NCBI GenBank assembly: GCA_048941285.1
Contig: JBHLNS010000001.1
Coordinates: forward strand, 132,878 to 196,877
From: Promethearchaeota archaeon
Lineage (GTDB): Archaea > Asgardarchaeota > Lokiarchaeia > Sigyniarchaeales > SOKP01
Direction of reading: 5' to 3'
DNA: 64,000 nucleotides
This document shows positions 50,486 to 59,792 of this stretch, piece by piece. The notes beneath the pieces were generated by a model. The model had not been told where the DNA came from, ran no database searches, and was given only the letters and a program-made list of their open reading frames with translations. The position numbers and the translations under genes were made by a program. Positions within the stretch are counted from its first letter, which is position 1, and each line of letters begins with the position of its first letter.

Positions 50486-50863
50486 ATGATTCCTTTGGAA
50501 CCAACTACAGAGAATCTTGATGATATCTTGAAGAAATTGCTTGCAGCAATTCCAGAAGTAAAAGCTGCCGCAATAGTATCTGCTGAAGGTCTACCAATTG
50601 CTTCTGCTCTTCCTCAAGGAGTAGATGAGACACGGATTGCTGCAATGACTGCGGCGCTGCTTTCCTTAGCTGAACGCTCAGTTATCGAGATGGAAAAGGG
50701 GGAGTTTGACCAACTATATGTCAAAGGGAGCGATGGTTACTTATTAGTCTTACAAGCTGGCCCCAATGCCGTATTAACAGTTTCCACAACGAAGGATGTA
50801 AGATTAGGGTTAATATTTTTAGACTGTAAGCGAACCTGCGAAAAAATCGCGAAATTAATCTAA
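50486..50863 (+). CDS. Roadblock/LC7 (MglB-like) protein
   Basis: AAAIVSAEGLPIAS, RIAAMTAALLSL, LGLIF. Confidence 0.92.
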   Translation: MIPLEPTTENLDDILKKLLAAIPEVKAAAIVSAEGLPIASALPQGVDETRIAAMTAALLSLAERSVIEMEKGEFDQLYVKGSDGYLLVLQAGPNAVLTVSTTKDVRLGLIFLDCKRTCEKIAKLI

Positions 50864-51579
50864 ACTTCTTCTATTATTGTATCATTTATCACATCATAAT
50901 AAAGATATATATATGAATGTTTTAAGACTTCACATTTCTTAAGAGTTAAAGCTTTTATGTTAAACAAATCATCCTCAACTCGAGGACCTGTTCCATCTAT
51001 TAAAGTGGGAGTAGATTTTCCACCAATTAGACAGGGAGCTATTATAAGTGAGATATGATCTATAAGTTTAAGTGTAAGAAATAAAGAGTTCAAAGTCCCT
51101 CCTGATTGAATTGAAATTTCATGAATTTGATAATCTTGTTTTAGTTTGATGAATAAATCCTCAATATTAATCTCATTTGGATAAAAGATAACATTCAATT
51201 CTTTTTCTTTTGTAAATTTAAACGCTGGATGGTTTTTGTTGTTTGTTACTATATAAATAGATTTAAATGATTTTAATAGATAATCAATCCCCTTATTTAT
51301 AAGGTGTGGTTCGCGATCAATAATAATTAAATTGACGTCCTTATGATCATCAATTTTTTCCCTTGAGTTTACACCAATTTTAGCTAATACCTTTCCACTG
51401 ATTAAGGCATACCTTTCGGTTTTAAATAAATGATTATAATATTGATAATTTCCTTCTTTAATTCCTTTAATTTTAGGAAAATCAATTTCCTGATCTCGAT
51501 CATCAATATCCCCTGTAGAAATTTTTCCATCCACAGATTGCATTAGAAAAAGAGTTGTTTCAGGTCGATTCTTTTCCAT
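50860..51579 (-). CDS. RibD C-terminal-like (DHFR-fold) reductase
   Basis: SVDGKIS, QSGGTLN, LID.ISLIIAP.LIGG..TPTL.DG. Confidence 0.85.
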   Translation of the reverse strand: MEKNRPETTLFLMQSVDGKISTGDIDDRDQEIDFPKIKGIKEGNYQYYNHLFKTERYALISGKVLAKIGVNSREKIDDHKDVNLIIIDREPHLINKGIDYLLKSFKSIYIVTNNKNHPAFKFTKEKELNVIFYPNEINIEDLFIKLKQDYQIHEISIQSGGTLNSLFLTLKLIDHISLIIAPCLIGGKSTPTLIDGTGPRVEDDLFNIKALTLKKCEVLKHSYIYLYYDVINDTIIEEV

Positions 51580-51697
51580 TTTTGGCTCACTTTTTGTATA
51601 TCTTTAATAAAATAAACAATTAATTAAAGTAATATTAAAATTAATAAAACCATAGGCAATTGATTTATTAATAGGATATAATTAAATTAATTTCGAG

Positions 51698-52093
51698 TTG
51701 GTTAAAATCCAAGATAAAAGAATTCCATTTTTTATTAATATTGAAGAAGCTCCTAAATTTATACAAATGAAGGGATTAGAGACAACAATTCTTTCTGGAT
51801 TACATGGTGAAAAAATGATGATGGCGCTAAACGCAACCTTGCCGGGTCATTCAGTACCAATACATTCCCATAAGCATGAACAAATTGGCATGGTTTATTG
51901 TGGGTCGGCAAAACTTCGAATTGGAGATGAAGAACGAATTGTTAGTAAAGGAGATTTTTTTTGTATTCCCTCCAATACACCGCATTCGGATACTTGTTTA
52001 AGCAAAGAACCATTTATTATGTTAGATATTTTTTATCCTATTAGAGAAGATTTCCTGGAAAAGCTAAAGAGCGATGAGACGAAGCTAGAATGA
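51698..52093 (+). CDS. Cupin-domain protein
   Basis: HSHKHEQ, G.....IP....H, DIF.P.RED. Confidence 0.9.
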   Translation: MVKIQDKRIPFFINIEEAPKFIQMKGLETTILSGLHGEKMMMALNATLPGHSVPIHSHKHEQIGMVYCGSAKLRIGDEERIVSKGDFFCIPSNTPHSDTCLSKEPFIMLDIFYPIREDFLEKLKSDETKLE

Positions 52094-52118
52094 ATTCTTA
52101 TTTTATTTTATTAAGAAT

Positions 52119-52904
52119 TTAATTCTGATTATTTAATGCTGCTTCAATAACTTCTCTAAGTTTACTTTTTTCTACTTCTGGGCCTACTTCAATAATTTCA
52201 CCATTAATATAGATTCTTCGCTCAATGCCATATTGTTGTAAGATAATTTGATCAACTGACGAAAATTCATTGAGAATAACGTCATCTCCATATTCAGAGA
52301 CCACTTCTTGAACTCTTTCTGCTTCAACATCACTAGTCAAACAAAATCTGTTCCAAAATAAATCTATTACAATTTTTCCTTTTACAGGTTTAAAATTATA
52401 ATTTTCTTTTCGAAAATAAGGCGCTTCAGCATCTTTTTCAAATTTCTTCCAAAGAATTGCTTCTTTATCTCGTTTTTCTGCTACTTTATAACCTAATTTT
52501 ACAAAATATTTTGCTGGCATAAACCAAAAGTCCCAAAAAAAACCCAAGGTTGCAATTCCTTTACGTTTTTGAAGTTTAGTTTCTTCTTCTGCGGCCTTAA
52601 TTAACTCAGTTCCTATACCCTTTTTAGAGAATTTAGAGTGCGAAACTAAGCATGGAAACACCATCAAATCTTTTCCTTGTATTGGCCAAGGATTTATTTC
52701 AATTGGTATTAAATATAAAAATCCAGCATGAATACCATCTAAAAGAGCAACCTTGACTCTCAATCCATCTTTTTCCATACTTTTAAGCCAAAAAATACGG
52801 CGGGGATAGGACAATTCATACTCATTGTTATTCTCATTTACATGAGTGCAGGTACCAACATAATATTCATCATCTTTGGTCATATCTCTGATTATAATTG
52901 TCAT
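52119..52904 (-). CDS. GNAT acetyltransferase (YoaP-like) with thioredoxin-like C-terminus
   Basis: GF.YLIP.E, CL.....KKGIG..LI.AAE, F...GY, IYING. Confidence 0.75.
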   Translation of the reverse strand: MTIIIRDMTKDDEYYVGTCTHVNENNNEYELSYPRRIFWLKSMEKDGLRVKVALLDGIHAGFLYLIPIEINPWPIQGKDLMVFPCLVSHSKFSKKGIGTELIKAAEEETKLQKRKGIATLGFFWDFWFMPAKYFVKLGYKVAEKRDKEAILWKKFEKDAEAPYFRKENYNFKPVKGKIVIDLFWNRFCLTSDVEAERVQEVVSEYGDDVILNEFSSVDQIILQQYGIERRIYINGEIIEVGPEVEKSKLREVIEAALNNQN

Positions 52905-53074
52905 TTTTACACATCTAATTAATTTTCAAACAATGGCTAACAAACAATAATTATATTGCTTGAAAAAGGAAAATTCCAAATTTTTTTTTATGTTATATAC
53001 AGTTATCTATCTAACTTCAGAAAATTTAAATAAAATCAATTTAAAAGGTATAAAAATTAGAATTATTAATAATC

Positions 53075-53383
53075 ATGACAAAAAAACAGCATTTTTATGC
53101 AATCATTAAACCTTATCGCCAAGATTTCATAACTAATCCAAAAGAGGAGGAAGATATAATTATGTCTGAACATTTTCTCTATTTACAGTCATTATTAAAA
53201 CAAAAAAAATTATTTCTCGCAGGACCGACATTGATTCCAGATGATCCCTTTGGGTTAATAATCTTGGAAGCTAATACAGAGGGAGAAGCTAAAATCTTGC
53301 TTGAGAATGATCCTTCAGTAAAAGCTAAAATTCAAGAAATTATTGATTTTAGACCCATTAGGTTATCTCTCACCAAAAAATAA
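53075..53383 (+). CDS. YciI-family protein
   Basis: H..YL, LAGP, G.IILEA, DP.V. Confidence 0.85.
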   Translation: MTKKQHFYAIIKPYRQDFITNPKEEEDIIMSEHFLYLQSLLKQKKLFLAGPTLIPDDPFGLIILEANTEGEAKILLENDPSVKAKIQEIIDFRPIRLSLTKK

Positions 53384-53613
53384 GTAGACTACGTACTAAC
53401 TCTAAAGCCTCCTATTGAAGAGGATGTCACAGAACTGTTAATCCTCCTATTTTAGGAGGATTAATTAGGACAGGTTCAATTACTCTGCCCGTTTATGGTA
53501 TTGATCCTGTCTATATAAAATTTGTTGTCATAATCTGGTACTTTAACCTATTTTTCAACAGCACATGTGGCTTTGAGTGGATACCCGCTGACATATTTTA
53601 TCACTTTTTTAAT

Positions 53614-53889
53614 ATGATTGCTCTAACTTTTATAGTAATAGGAACTTCTCTTTTACTAATCACAGGTATTATTGATAGATTAAAGGATAAAAAGATATAT
53701 CTCTTAAATCTATTAGGAGGTGTATTGCTAATTATTGGGTCTATTATTCTGTTAGCAGGTTTTGAGATTGCTCTTCCAGGCTTTTGGTCTTTATGCGAAG
53801 CAAAACCGGGATTATATTTACATTTCATAGGCGGCGGATTAGGAATCTTAACTAGAGTAATGGGTATTATGGAAAAGCGATCTATGTAA
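53614..53889 (+). CDS. Small membrane protein (frame open back to 53419 with no standard start; possibly 5'-damaged)
   Basis: Hydrophobic helices, PGLYL..IGG.LG motif; upstream in-frame codons read as hydrophobic protein (PILGGLI..GSITLP). Confidence 0.5.
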   Translation: MIALTFIVIGTSLLLITGIIDRLKDKKIYLLNLLGGVLLIIGSIILLAGFEIALPGFWSLCEAKPGLYLHFIGGGLGILTRVMGIMEKRSM

Positions 53890-54018
53890 ATATTAACTGC
53901 TTCGAATTTCTTTTTTTTTAATTTCTAAGAGTACAAAACCACAAACTATTAATTTTTTTGTGCATATTATCAATTACTTAGCTTCACTAAATTTCATAAT
54001 TCTTACGTGTAAGTTCTC

Positions 54019-54621
54019 ATGTTCAAATTATACACTATTGAAGGAAAAATTGAGATACCTCCATTTCTTTTTGGACAAGAAAAAGATGTGAGTGCGAGAA
54101 TAATCCTTTCAGAAGATTATGAAGGAATCATAACTCGGGATTATGGCTTTATAATTGCAGTTGTTGACGTTCTTAATGTCGGAAAAGGAATAATCATACC
54201 AGGTAATGCAAATACTTTTCATGAAGTGGAGTTCACTATTTTAACATTTAAGCCAACGGTTTCAGAAGTGGTTGAAGGTACTGTGGTAGAAATCGTTGAC
54301 TTTGGCTCATTTGTCCGTTTAGGTCCATTAGATGGATTAGTTCATGTGTCTCAAATTTGTGATGATTATATATCTTATGAACAAGTTGGCAACCGATTTA
54401 TTGGGAAGGAAACTGGAAAAATCTTAGAAGTAAATGATCAAGTAAGAGCTAAAATTATAGCTGTTTCGTTAGGTACTGGAAGAAGTGGAAAACTTGGTTT
54501 AACAATGAGACAAAAATTTTTAGGGAAAGAAGATTGGATTGAAGAAGATGTTACAGAAGTATTCGCCGAAAAGGAAGGTAAGAAGACCTCAGTAAGTGAA
54601 GGACAAGAAAATAAAGAATAA
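54019..54621 (+). CDS. rpoE1: RNA polymerase subunit Rpo7 (E')
   Basis: IPP..FG, EVVEG.V.EIVDFG.FVRLGPLDGLVHVSQI S1 domain. Confidence 0.96.
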   Translation: MFKLYTIEGKIEIPPFLFGQEKDVSARIILSEDYEGIITRDYGFIIAVVDVLNVGKGIIIPGNANTFHEVEFTILTFKPTVSEVVEGTVVEIVDFGSFVRLGPLDGLVHVSQICDDYISYEQVGNRFIGKETGKILEVNDQVRAKIIAVSLGTGRSGKLGLTMRQKFLGKEDWIEEDVTEVFAEKEGKKTSVSEGQENKE

Positions 54622-54643
54622 GAAATAAAAAAAGGGAATAAAG

Positions 54644-54832
54644 TTGAAAGAGAAAGCTTGTAAAAATTGCCATTTAATAACTAAAAATGAAACTATTTGT
54701 CCAAAATGTAAAACACATACTCTAAGCGAAGATTTTACAGGAGAGGTTATTATTATTAATCCTCAAGAGTCCAAGTTCGCTGAATACCTTAAAATTCATT
54801 TCCCAGGAAAGTATGCATTAAGAGTTCGCTGA
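54644..54832 (+). CDS. spt4: Transcription elongation factor Spt4 (RpoE'')
   Basis: AC..C...CP.C, G.VIII.P..S..A, PGKYALRVR; follows rpoE1. Confidence 0.95.
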   Translation: MKEKACKNCHLITKNETICPKCKTHTLSEDFTGEVIIINPQESKFAEYLKIHFPGKYALRVR

Positions 54833-54881
54833 AAACATATTCAATTAGACAGTACTTTTAAAGTTTATTTGATTTTATATC

Positions 54882-55478
54882 TTGATTTTAATGGATTTTA
54901 ATTTAAGAATTCCTAAAGATAAAAGACATTTATTTACAGAACCTCTTGATATATTAATAGCAGGATCCAGAGAAGAAACAATCATCCAAGTAGAAAACAT
55001 TTTTAAAGATTATTTAAAATCTAAGAAGTCCTTAAACTTTTACATAGTTGGTGATATTGTCGCCCATGACTTTTTATCTAACCAATTTCTAAAAAAGTTT
55101 ATTAAAATTTGCATAGTAGACGAAAAAACCCAAAGAAGTCATACTAATTTAGATTTTGAGGAATTTTTTGAACAAATTATTGAATTTCAAAATCCTGAAG
55201 GAACAATTAATAAGGAATGCTGGAAATTGTTTAGGGAGGTTATTAATTCAGAAAAAAGAACCTTAATTAAAATAACAGAAGGGGAGGAGGATCTATTAAT
55301 ACTTCCACTCGTACTTGAAATTCATCCTGCAAATGGAGTAAAAAATTTCTGTTTTTATGGCCAACCCCCTATTACAGATTCAAATTTCATTATTCCCGAA
55401 GGAATTATCATTGTCAATGTTGATAGAAACATTCAAGAAAAAGTCAAAACAGTTATATCCATAATGGAAAGATTCTAA
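54882..55478 (+). CDS. GTP-dependent dephospho-CoA kinase (DUF359)
   Basis: VGDIV, VDEKTQR, NPEGTI, GEEDLL.LP, YGQP; usual gene order. Confidence 0.88.
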   Translation: MILMDFNLRIPKDKRHLFTEPLDILIAGSREETIIQVENIFKDYLKSKKSLNFYIVGDIVAHDFLSNQFLKKFIKICIVDEKTQRSHTNLDFEEFFEQIIEFQNPEGTINKECWKLFREVINSEKRTLIKITEGEEDLLILPLVLEIHPANGVKNFCFYGQPPITDSNFIIPEGIIIVNVDRNIQEKVKTVISIMERF

Positions 55479-55615
55479 ACAATATTATCTAATTACTCAA
55501 GAATAATTTAACTTCTCCTTATAGTAAAAAGCAAAATTTTATTTTTTATCTATTCTTTTGAATCTCATAAAATAGTAAAAATCATTAATTAATAGATGTT
55601 ATACAAAATTTTTGG

Positions 55616-55975
55616 TTGAAAATGTCGTTAAATATAGAAATATTGGAAGATAAGAGAAACCCATTAATTGAAAGAACCGAAATAAAATTTAGAATTGACA
55701 ATTTCGGAGTAGGTACTCCAAATAGATTAGAAGTTAAGAAAAAAATTGCTGCTATGCAAGGAAGTGATGAAAAATTGACTATCATTAAAAATTTAAGTAC
55801 TCATTTTGGTGCATCTTACACTAACGGAATAGCCTATATTTATGACAAATCAAAAGAACTACAGTTTTATGAGCCCTTTCATATACAAATACGAAATCTT
55901 GAAAAAGATAAAAGAACGGAAATTATTCAATTAAAAAAAAGAAAAGAACACTATAAACATCTATTTGATTATTAA
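55616..55975 (+). CDS. rps24e: 30S ribosomal protein S24e
   Basis: NPLIERTEI, TPNR.EV, T.FG....G.A.IY. The real start may be the ATG at 55622. Confidence 0.93.
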   Translation: MKMSLNIEILEDKRNPLIERTEIKFRIDNFGVGTPNRLEVKKKIAAMQGSDEKLTIIKNLSTHFGASYTNGIAYIYDKSKELQFYEPFHIQIRNLEKDKRTEIIQLKKRKEHYKHLFDY

Positions 55976-56002
55976 TAAAAATATTGGAATTTTAAGATTA
56001 AA

Positions 56003-56209
56003 ATGACTTCCTCGGATTATTATAAAATTGAAGGAAATAAGCTAGTAAGAACTCATCGATCGTGCCCTAAATGTGGTCCAAGTTTCTTCCTAGCTAACCA
56101 TTACGACAGATGGTCATGTGGTAATTGTGGTTATACTGTATTTAAAAGGAAAGGTGCTCCAAAAGCTAAAACTACTAGACGAACTCCACGAAAACGGCAA
56201 AAAGCATAG
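56003..56209 (+). CDS. rps27ae: 30S ribosomal protein S27ae (eS31)
   Basis: YYKIEG.KL.R....CPKCG...FLA.H.DR..CG.CGYT. Confidence 0.95.
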   Translation: MTSSDYYKIEGNKLVRTHRSCPKCGPSFFLANHYDRWSCGNCGYTVFKRKGAPKAKTTRRTPRKRQKA

Positions 56210-56330
56210 CTTCCTTCATCTTTAGACACTGTATTTGATTGAAAGAATAGATTTTAACCAATTAATTACAAATAATTCATTTGTTATTTCTAAAAAATTA
56301 ATAATTTAAATTTAAAAACTGGCGAAATCA

Positions 56331-57338
56331 ATGAAAAAGTTATGTTTAGGTATTGAATCTACAGCACACACGTTTTCAGTAGGGATTGTTGATTTTAATG
56401 GAGAAATATATAGTTTAATAAACGATATTTTTATACCTGATAAAGGAGGGCTCCACCCTGCATTAGTTAGAGAACAACACTTAAACAACTTTATGAATAT
56501 TATAGATAAAGCTTTATTAGAAGCAAATGTCTCAATAAAAAATATTAATTTAATAGCTTTTAGTCAAAGTCCTGGTTTAGGGCCAGTTTTGAAAATAGGC
56601 GCATTAGTAGCCCGGATGCTAAGCCAACTATTAAACATCCCAATTGTAGGAGTTAATCACTGTATCGCACACATAGAAATTGGTAGATTAATGTGTAAAA
56701 TAAAAGATCCATTGGCTTTATATGTTTCAGGAGGGAACACTATCGTAAGTGCTTATGAATCTGGCAGATACCAGATATTTGGAGAAACACTAGATTTACC
56801 AATTGGCAATATGATAGACTCATTTGCAAGAGATGCTGGTTTAAAACATCCGGGTGGTCCAAAAATAGAAAATTTAGCTTTAAAATCTAATAGAGAATAT
56901 CTTCCATTGCCTTATGTGGTAAAAGGTATGGATTTATCATTTTCTGGACTTTACACAGCCGCAAAGTATTTGCTTCAATCTGAAGATTATGACAAAAAAT
57001 ACAATTTAGGTGATATTGCTTATTCTTTACAGGAAACAGCTTTTGGGATGTTAACGGAAGTTACTGAAAGAGCATTAGCTCATACTGAAAAGAAAGAGGT
57101 TTTACTTACTGGTGGTGTAGCCGCAAATAAAAGACTACAGTCAATGATAAAATATATTAGCCTGGAGCATGATGCAAGATTTGAAGTTGTACCGTTAAGA
57201 TATGCGGGTGACAATGGAGCAATGATAGCTTGGGCAGGAATTCTAAGATATCAAACAGAAGGAGGGCATGAGATTTCTAAAACAATGATTAAACCCAAAG
57301 AAAGAATGGATCAAATATCTATACCTTGGAGGTCATAA
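56331..57338 (+). CDS. kae1: t6A synthase Kae1 (KEOPS)
   Basis: LGIESTAHT, VNHCIAHIE, YVSGGNT, GGVAAN, DNGAMIA. Confidence 0.96.
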   Translation: MKKLCLGIESTAHTFSVGIVDFNGEIYSLINDIFIPDKGGLHPALVREQHLNNFMNIIDKALLEANVSIKNINLIAFSQSPGLGPVLKIGALVARMLSQLLNIPIVGVNHCIAHIEIGRLMCKIKDPLALYVSGGNTIVSAYESGRYQIFGETLDLPIGNMIDSFARDAGLKHPGGPKIENLALKSNREYLPLPYVVKGMDLSFSGLYTAAKYLLQSEDYDKKYNLGDIAYSLQETAFGMLTEVTERALAHTEKKEVLLTGGVAANKRLQSMIKYISLEHDARFEVVPLRYAGDNGAMIAWAGILRYQTEGGHEISKTMIKPKERMDQISIPWRS

Positions 57339-57344
57339 AATAAA

Positions 57345-58019
57345 TTGAGTTCGAATGTGCAGAAGGAAAAAATCATACGAAAAGGTGCAGAAGCAAATCT
57401 ATATCATGGGCACTGGTTCGGAAAAGAGGTAATATTTAAATATAGAATTCCAAAGAAATATCGAATAGAAGAATTGGATAAACGAATAAGAACAGAAAGA
57501 ACATTAAACGAAGCTCGAGCTTTAATAAAAGTAAAAAATTATGGAATAAATGTACCACAAGTATTTGAAATTGACACGTATAATTCCACAATAGTTATGA
57601 AATATATAAAAGGTGCTAAATTAAAAGATATTTTACCTAATTTAGATGACAATAAAAAAAAACGTTATTTCAATGAAATAGGAAAAATTATAGCAATTTT
57701 ACATAAGCATGGACATATCCATGGTGATATTACAACAAGTAATATCATAATAACTCCAGAAGAAAATATATTTCTCATAGATTTTGGATTGCATGCATAT
57801 TCTGATACGATTGAAGATAAGAGCGTTGATCTTCATCTATTTAAGAGAGTTTTAATCTCATCTCATGGAAAAGATTTCAAATATAGTTTTAATGCATTTC
57901 TCGAAGGATATATATCAGAATATAAAGAAATGGATTCAGATGAGTTTAACCAAATCATTAAAAACATAGATGTTGTTGAGAGCCGTGGAAGGTATATAAA
58001 ATCTAATGAAAGATTGTAA
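57345..58019 (+). CDS. bud32: KEOPS kinase Bud32
   Basis: GAEA, K.R..K.YR, HGDITTSN, IDFGL, RGRY. Confidence 0.95.
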   Translation: MSSNVQKEKIIRKGAEANLYHGHWFGKEVIFKYRIPKKYRIEELDKRIRTERTLNEARALIKVKNYGINVPQVFEIDTYNSTIVMKYIKGAKLKDILPNLDDNKKKRYFNEIGKIIAILHKHGHIHGDITTSNIIITPEENIFLIDFGLHAYSDTIEDKSVDLHLFKRVLISSHGKDFKYSFNAFLEGYISEYKEMDSDEFNQIIKNIDVVESRGRYIKSNERL

Positions 58020-58332
58020 ATTTTCCTTATTTGCTAGTGCGATTTGTTTATTAAAGAATTTAAATAAACAATAAAATATTTTCAACTAGACTATAAATCT
58101 ATAATACAAAATGTTCATCAAAATAATTAAACAATCAAAATAATTTATATCTATAGCAGACCGCTTTAAATAGCTTTAAATACTCCAGCAATCTTTATAT
58201 AGATACTTAACTTATAATATTATATCGGAAAAGAGTGAATAATTACGGGCAAAGAATATATCTTCTTTCTAATTCACTTTTATCATGAGAAATAAGAGAA
58301 TTTTAGAATTAGAAATTCTTGGAGGTAGGTAA

Positions 58333-58542
58333 ATGGCAGATAACGAGAAAAAGAAAAAGAAGAAGAAAATGGTGAATATAACCATAAATTTGCCCGATAT
58401 TTATGATGAAAATATTAAAAAACTTATTGGCATGAAGGTTGTTGCCTCAAGGTCAGAGGCAATTCGCACTGCATTGCGTGACTTTCTCCATAATGAGTAT
58501 AATAATCTTAAATTACTCGGTTATTTTGAGGAAAATCCCTAA
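58333..58542 (+). CDS. Ribbon-helix-helix (CopG/Arc/MetJ) regulator
   Basis: NITINLP...SRSEAIR.ALR; strong GGAGGT Shine-Dalgarno upstream. Confidence 0.88.
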   Translation: MADNEKKKKKKKMVNITINLPDIYDENIKKLIGMKVVASRSEAIRTALRDFLHNEYNNLKLLGYFEENP

Positions 58543-58636
58543 GAAATCTTTTTTTATCTAATTACACCCAATAAAAATTTATATCATTATTTTACTTCTT
58601 TTTACTATATTATACATAATCACATAGAGAATTATA

Positions 58637-59224
58637 ATGCTCTTATATAGTATTACTGAGAATGGTTCTTTAAGAAAGGTTACTAAAGTGGATTTTAATG
58701 AAAATAAAGTGTTTCTAATTGATGATTTTAAGATATTATATTTATGGATAGGTTCAAAAACCTCTAAGAAAAAGAGAGATTTAAGTATAACTCGAATTGA
58801 AAAACTTAAAGCACAGAAAGAAAATCCCGTAAAGATTCAAATTATTAAGCAAAACCAAGAATTTGGGTCATTTTTAGCAATTAAGGATTTGTTACAGAAA
58901 GGCCTGGAATTTGGTTCTGTATTTGAAAAAAGACCAGAATTAAAAATTCGATTTAATCAAACTCAAGAGCTTATTGAAGCAGGTATAGATCCGGATTTTG
59001 AAGGAGAAATTACTCTCGCAGCACATAACCTTGCTCAAGAGAACCACCCTTATGAGGATTTGTGTAGAAAGCTTGCAGAAATACAAATGAAATTCATTAA
59101 AGGAAATGCTTCCGAAAAAGAATTAAAGAAAAAGACCGAGGAAATATTCAAATCTTCATCAACATACGAAGAAATTTGCTGGTTGATAGCTGAATTGAGT
59201 GCATTGTTGGAAAAAAAACTATAA
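58637..59224 (+). CDS. Gelsolin-domain protein with C-terminal helical domain (Asgard 1DGelX-like architecture)
   Basis: VFLIDD...LYLWIGSK.S..K, I..Q.QE...F gelsolin pattern; C-terminal repeat YEDLCRKLAE / YEEICWLIAE. Confidence 0.78.
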   Translation: MLLYSITENGSLRKVTKVDFNENKVFLIDDFKILYLWIGSKTSKKKRDLSITRIEKLKAQKENPVKIQIIKQNQEFGSFLAIKDLLQKGLEFGSVFEKRPELKIRFNQTQELIEAGIDPDFEGEITLAAHNLAQENHPYEDLCRKLAEIQMKFIKGNASEKELKKKTEEIFKSSSTYEEICWLIAELSALLEKKL

Positions 59225-59226
59225 AA

Positions 59227-59748
59227 TCAATCAGTAACTCGGCATTTAATTGTTAGGGGAATATAACAATTGTTAAAACTGACATATTTTTCCATTAACT
59301 CGTTTACAGCCTTAATATAGCAACCATGGTCTCCCACTGCAATATGATAAATGTTTAATTCCCTCAAAAAGCTAATGTTTATTTCATATTTTCCTTTTAC
59401 TTTATTGATTTCAATTTCAATATCCTCTATACACAAATCCGGAAATAGATTAAAAATTAAATTTATTAAGATGTTATCAAATCTGATGACCATAACTTTT
59501 TTATTAGGGATGTTATTTCTTATTGAGTTTAAAAAAGTTTTCGCTTGAAAATATTTGTTTTGCCTTACAAAAAAGAATATAAAATCAATTTGGTCAATAT
59601 TGATGAGAATTATGTATGAAGGATTAATTTGTGTCTTCTTATAGAAATAATTATGGAGAATAAGCTCATAATTTGTGTATTTTAAGGGCTTAATACTTAA
59701 CTGCTGATAAAGTATCAAATCTTCCGCGATTGTGTAAAACATATACAA
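59227..59748 (-). CDS. Divergent archaeal NusA-like KH-domain protein
   Basis: KKVMVI..D....LI.NLFP...I.DIEI and IAVG..G.YIKAVNEL, resembling the archaeal NusA KH2 domain. Confidence 0.6.
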   Translation of the reverse strand: MYMFYTIAEDLILYQQLSIKPLKYTNYELILHNYFYKKTQINPSYIILINIDQIDFIFFFVRQNKYFQAKTFLNSIRNNIPNKKVMVIRFDNILINLIFNLFPDLCIEDIEIEINKVKGKYEINISFLRELNIYHIAVGDHGCYIKAVNELMEKYVSFNNCYIPLTIKCRVTD

Positions 59749-59792
59749 ATTATCTCAGAACAGATTTATAAAGTCCTATGAAAATGATTTTA

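Noticed and set aside
53438-53475. Second BHB intron at the 12-bp hairpin
   Set aside because: No 4-bp central helix flanked by two 3-nt bulges could be drawn on either strand.
56003-56209. Possible ubiquitin-S27a fusion as in eukaryotes
   Set aside because: No ubiquitin domain is present upstream; there is only a basic C-terminal tail.
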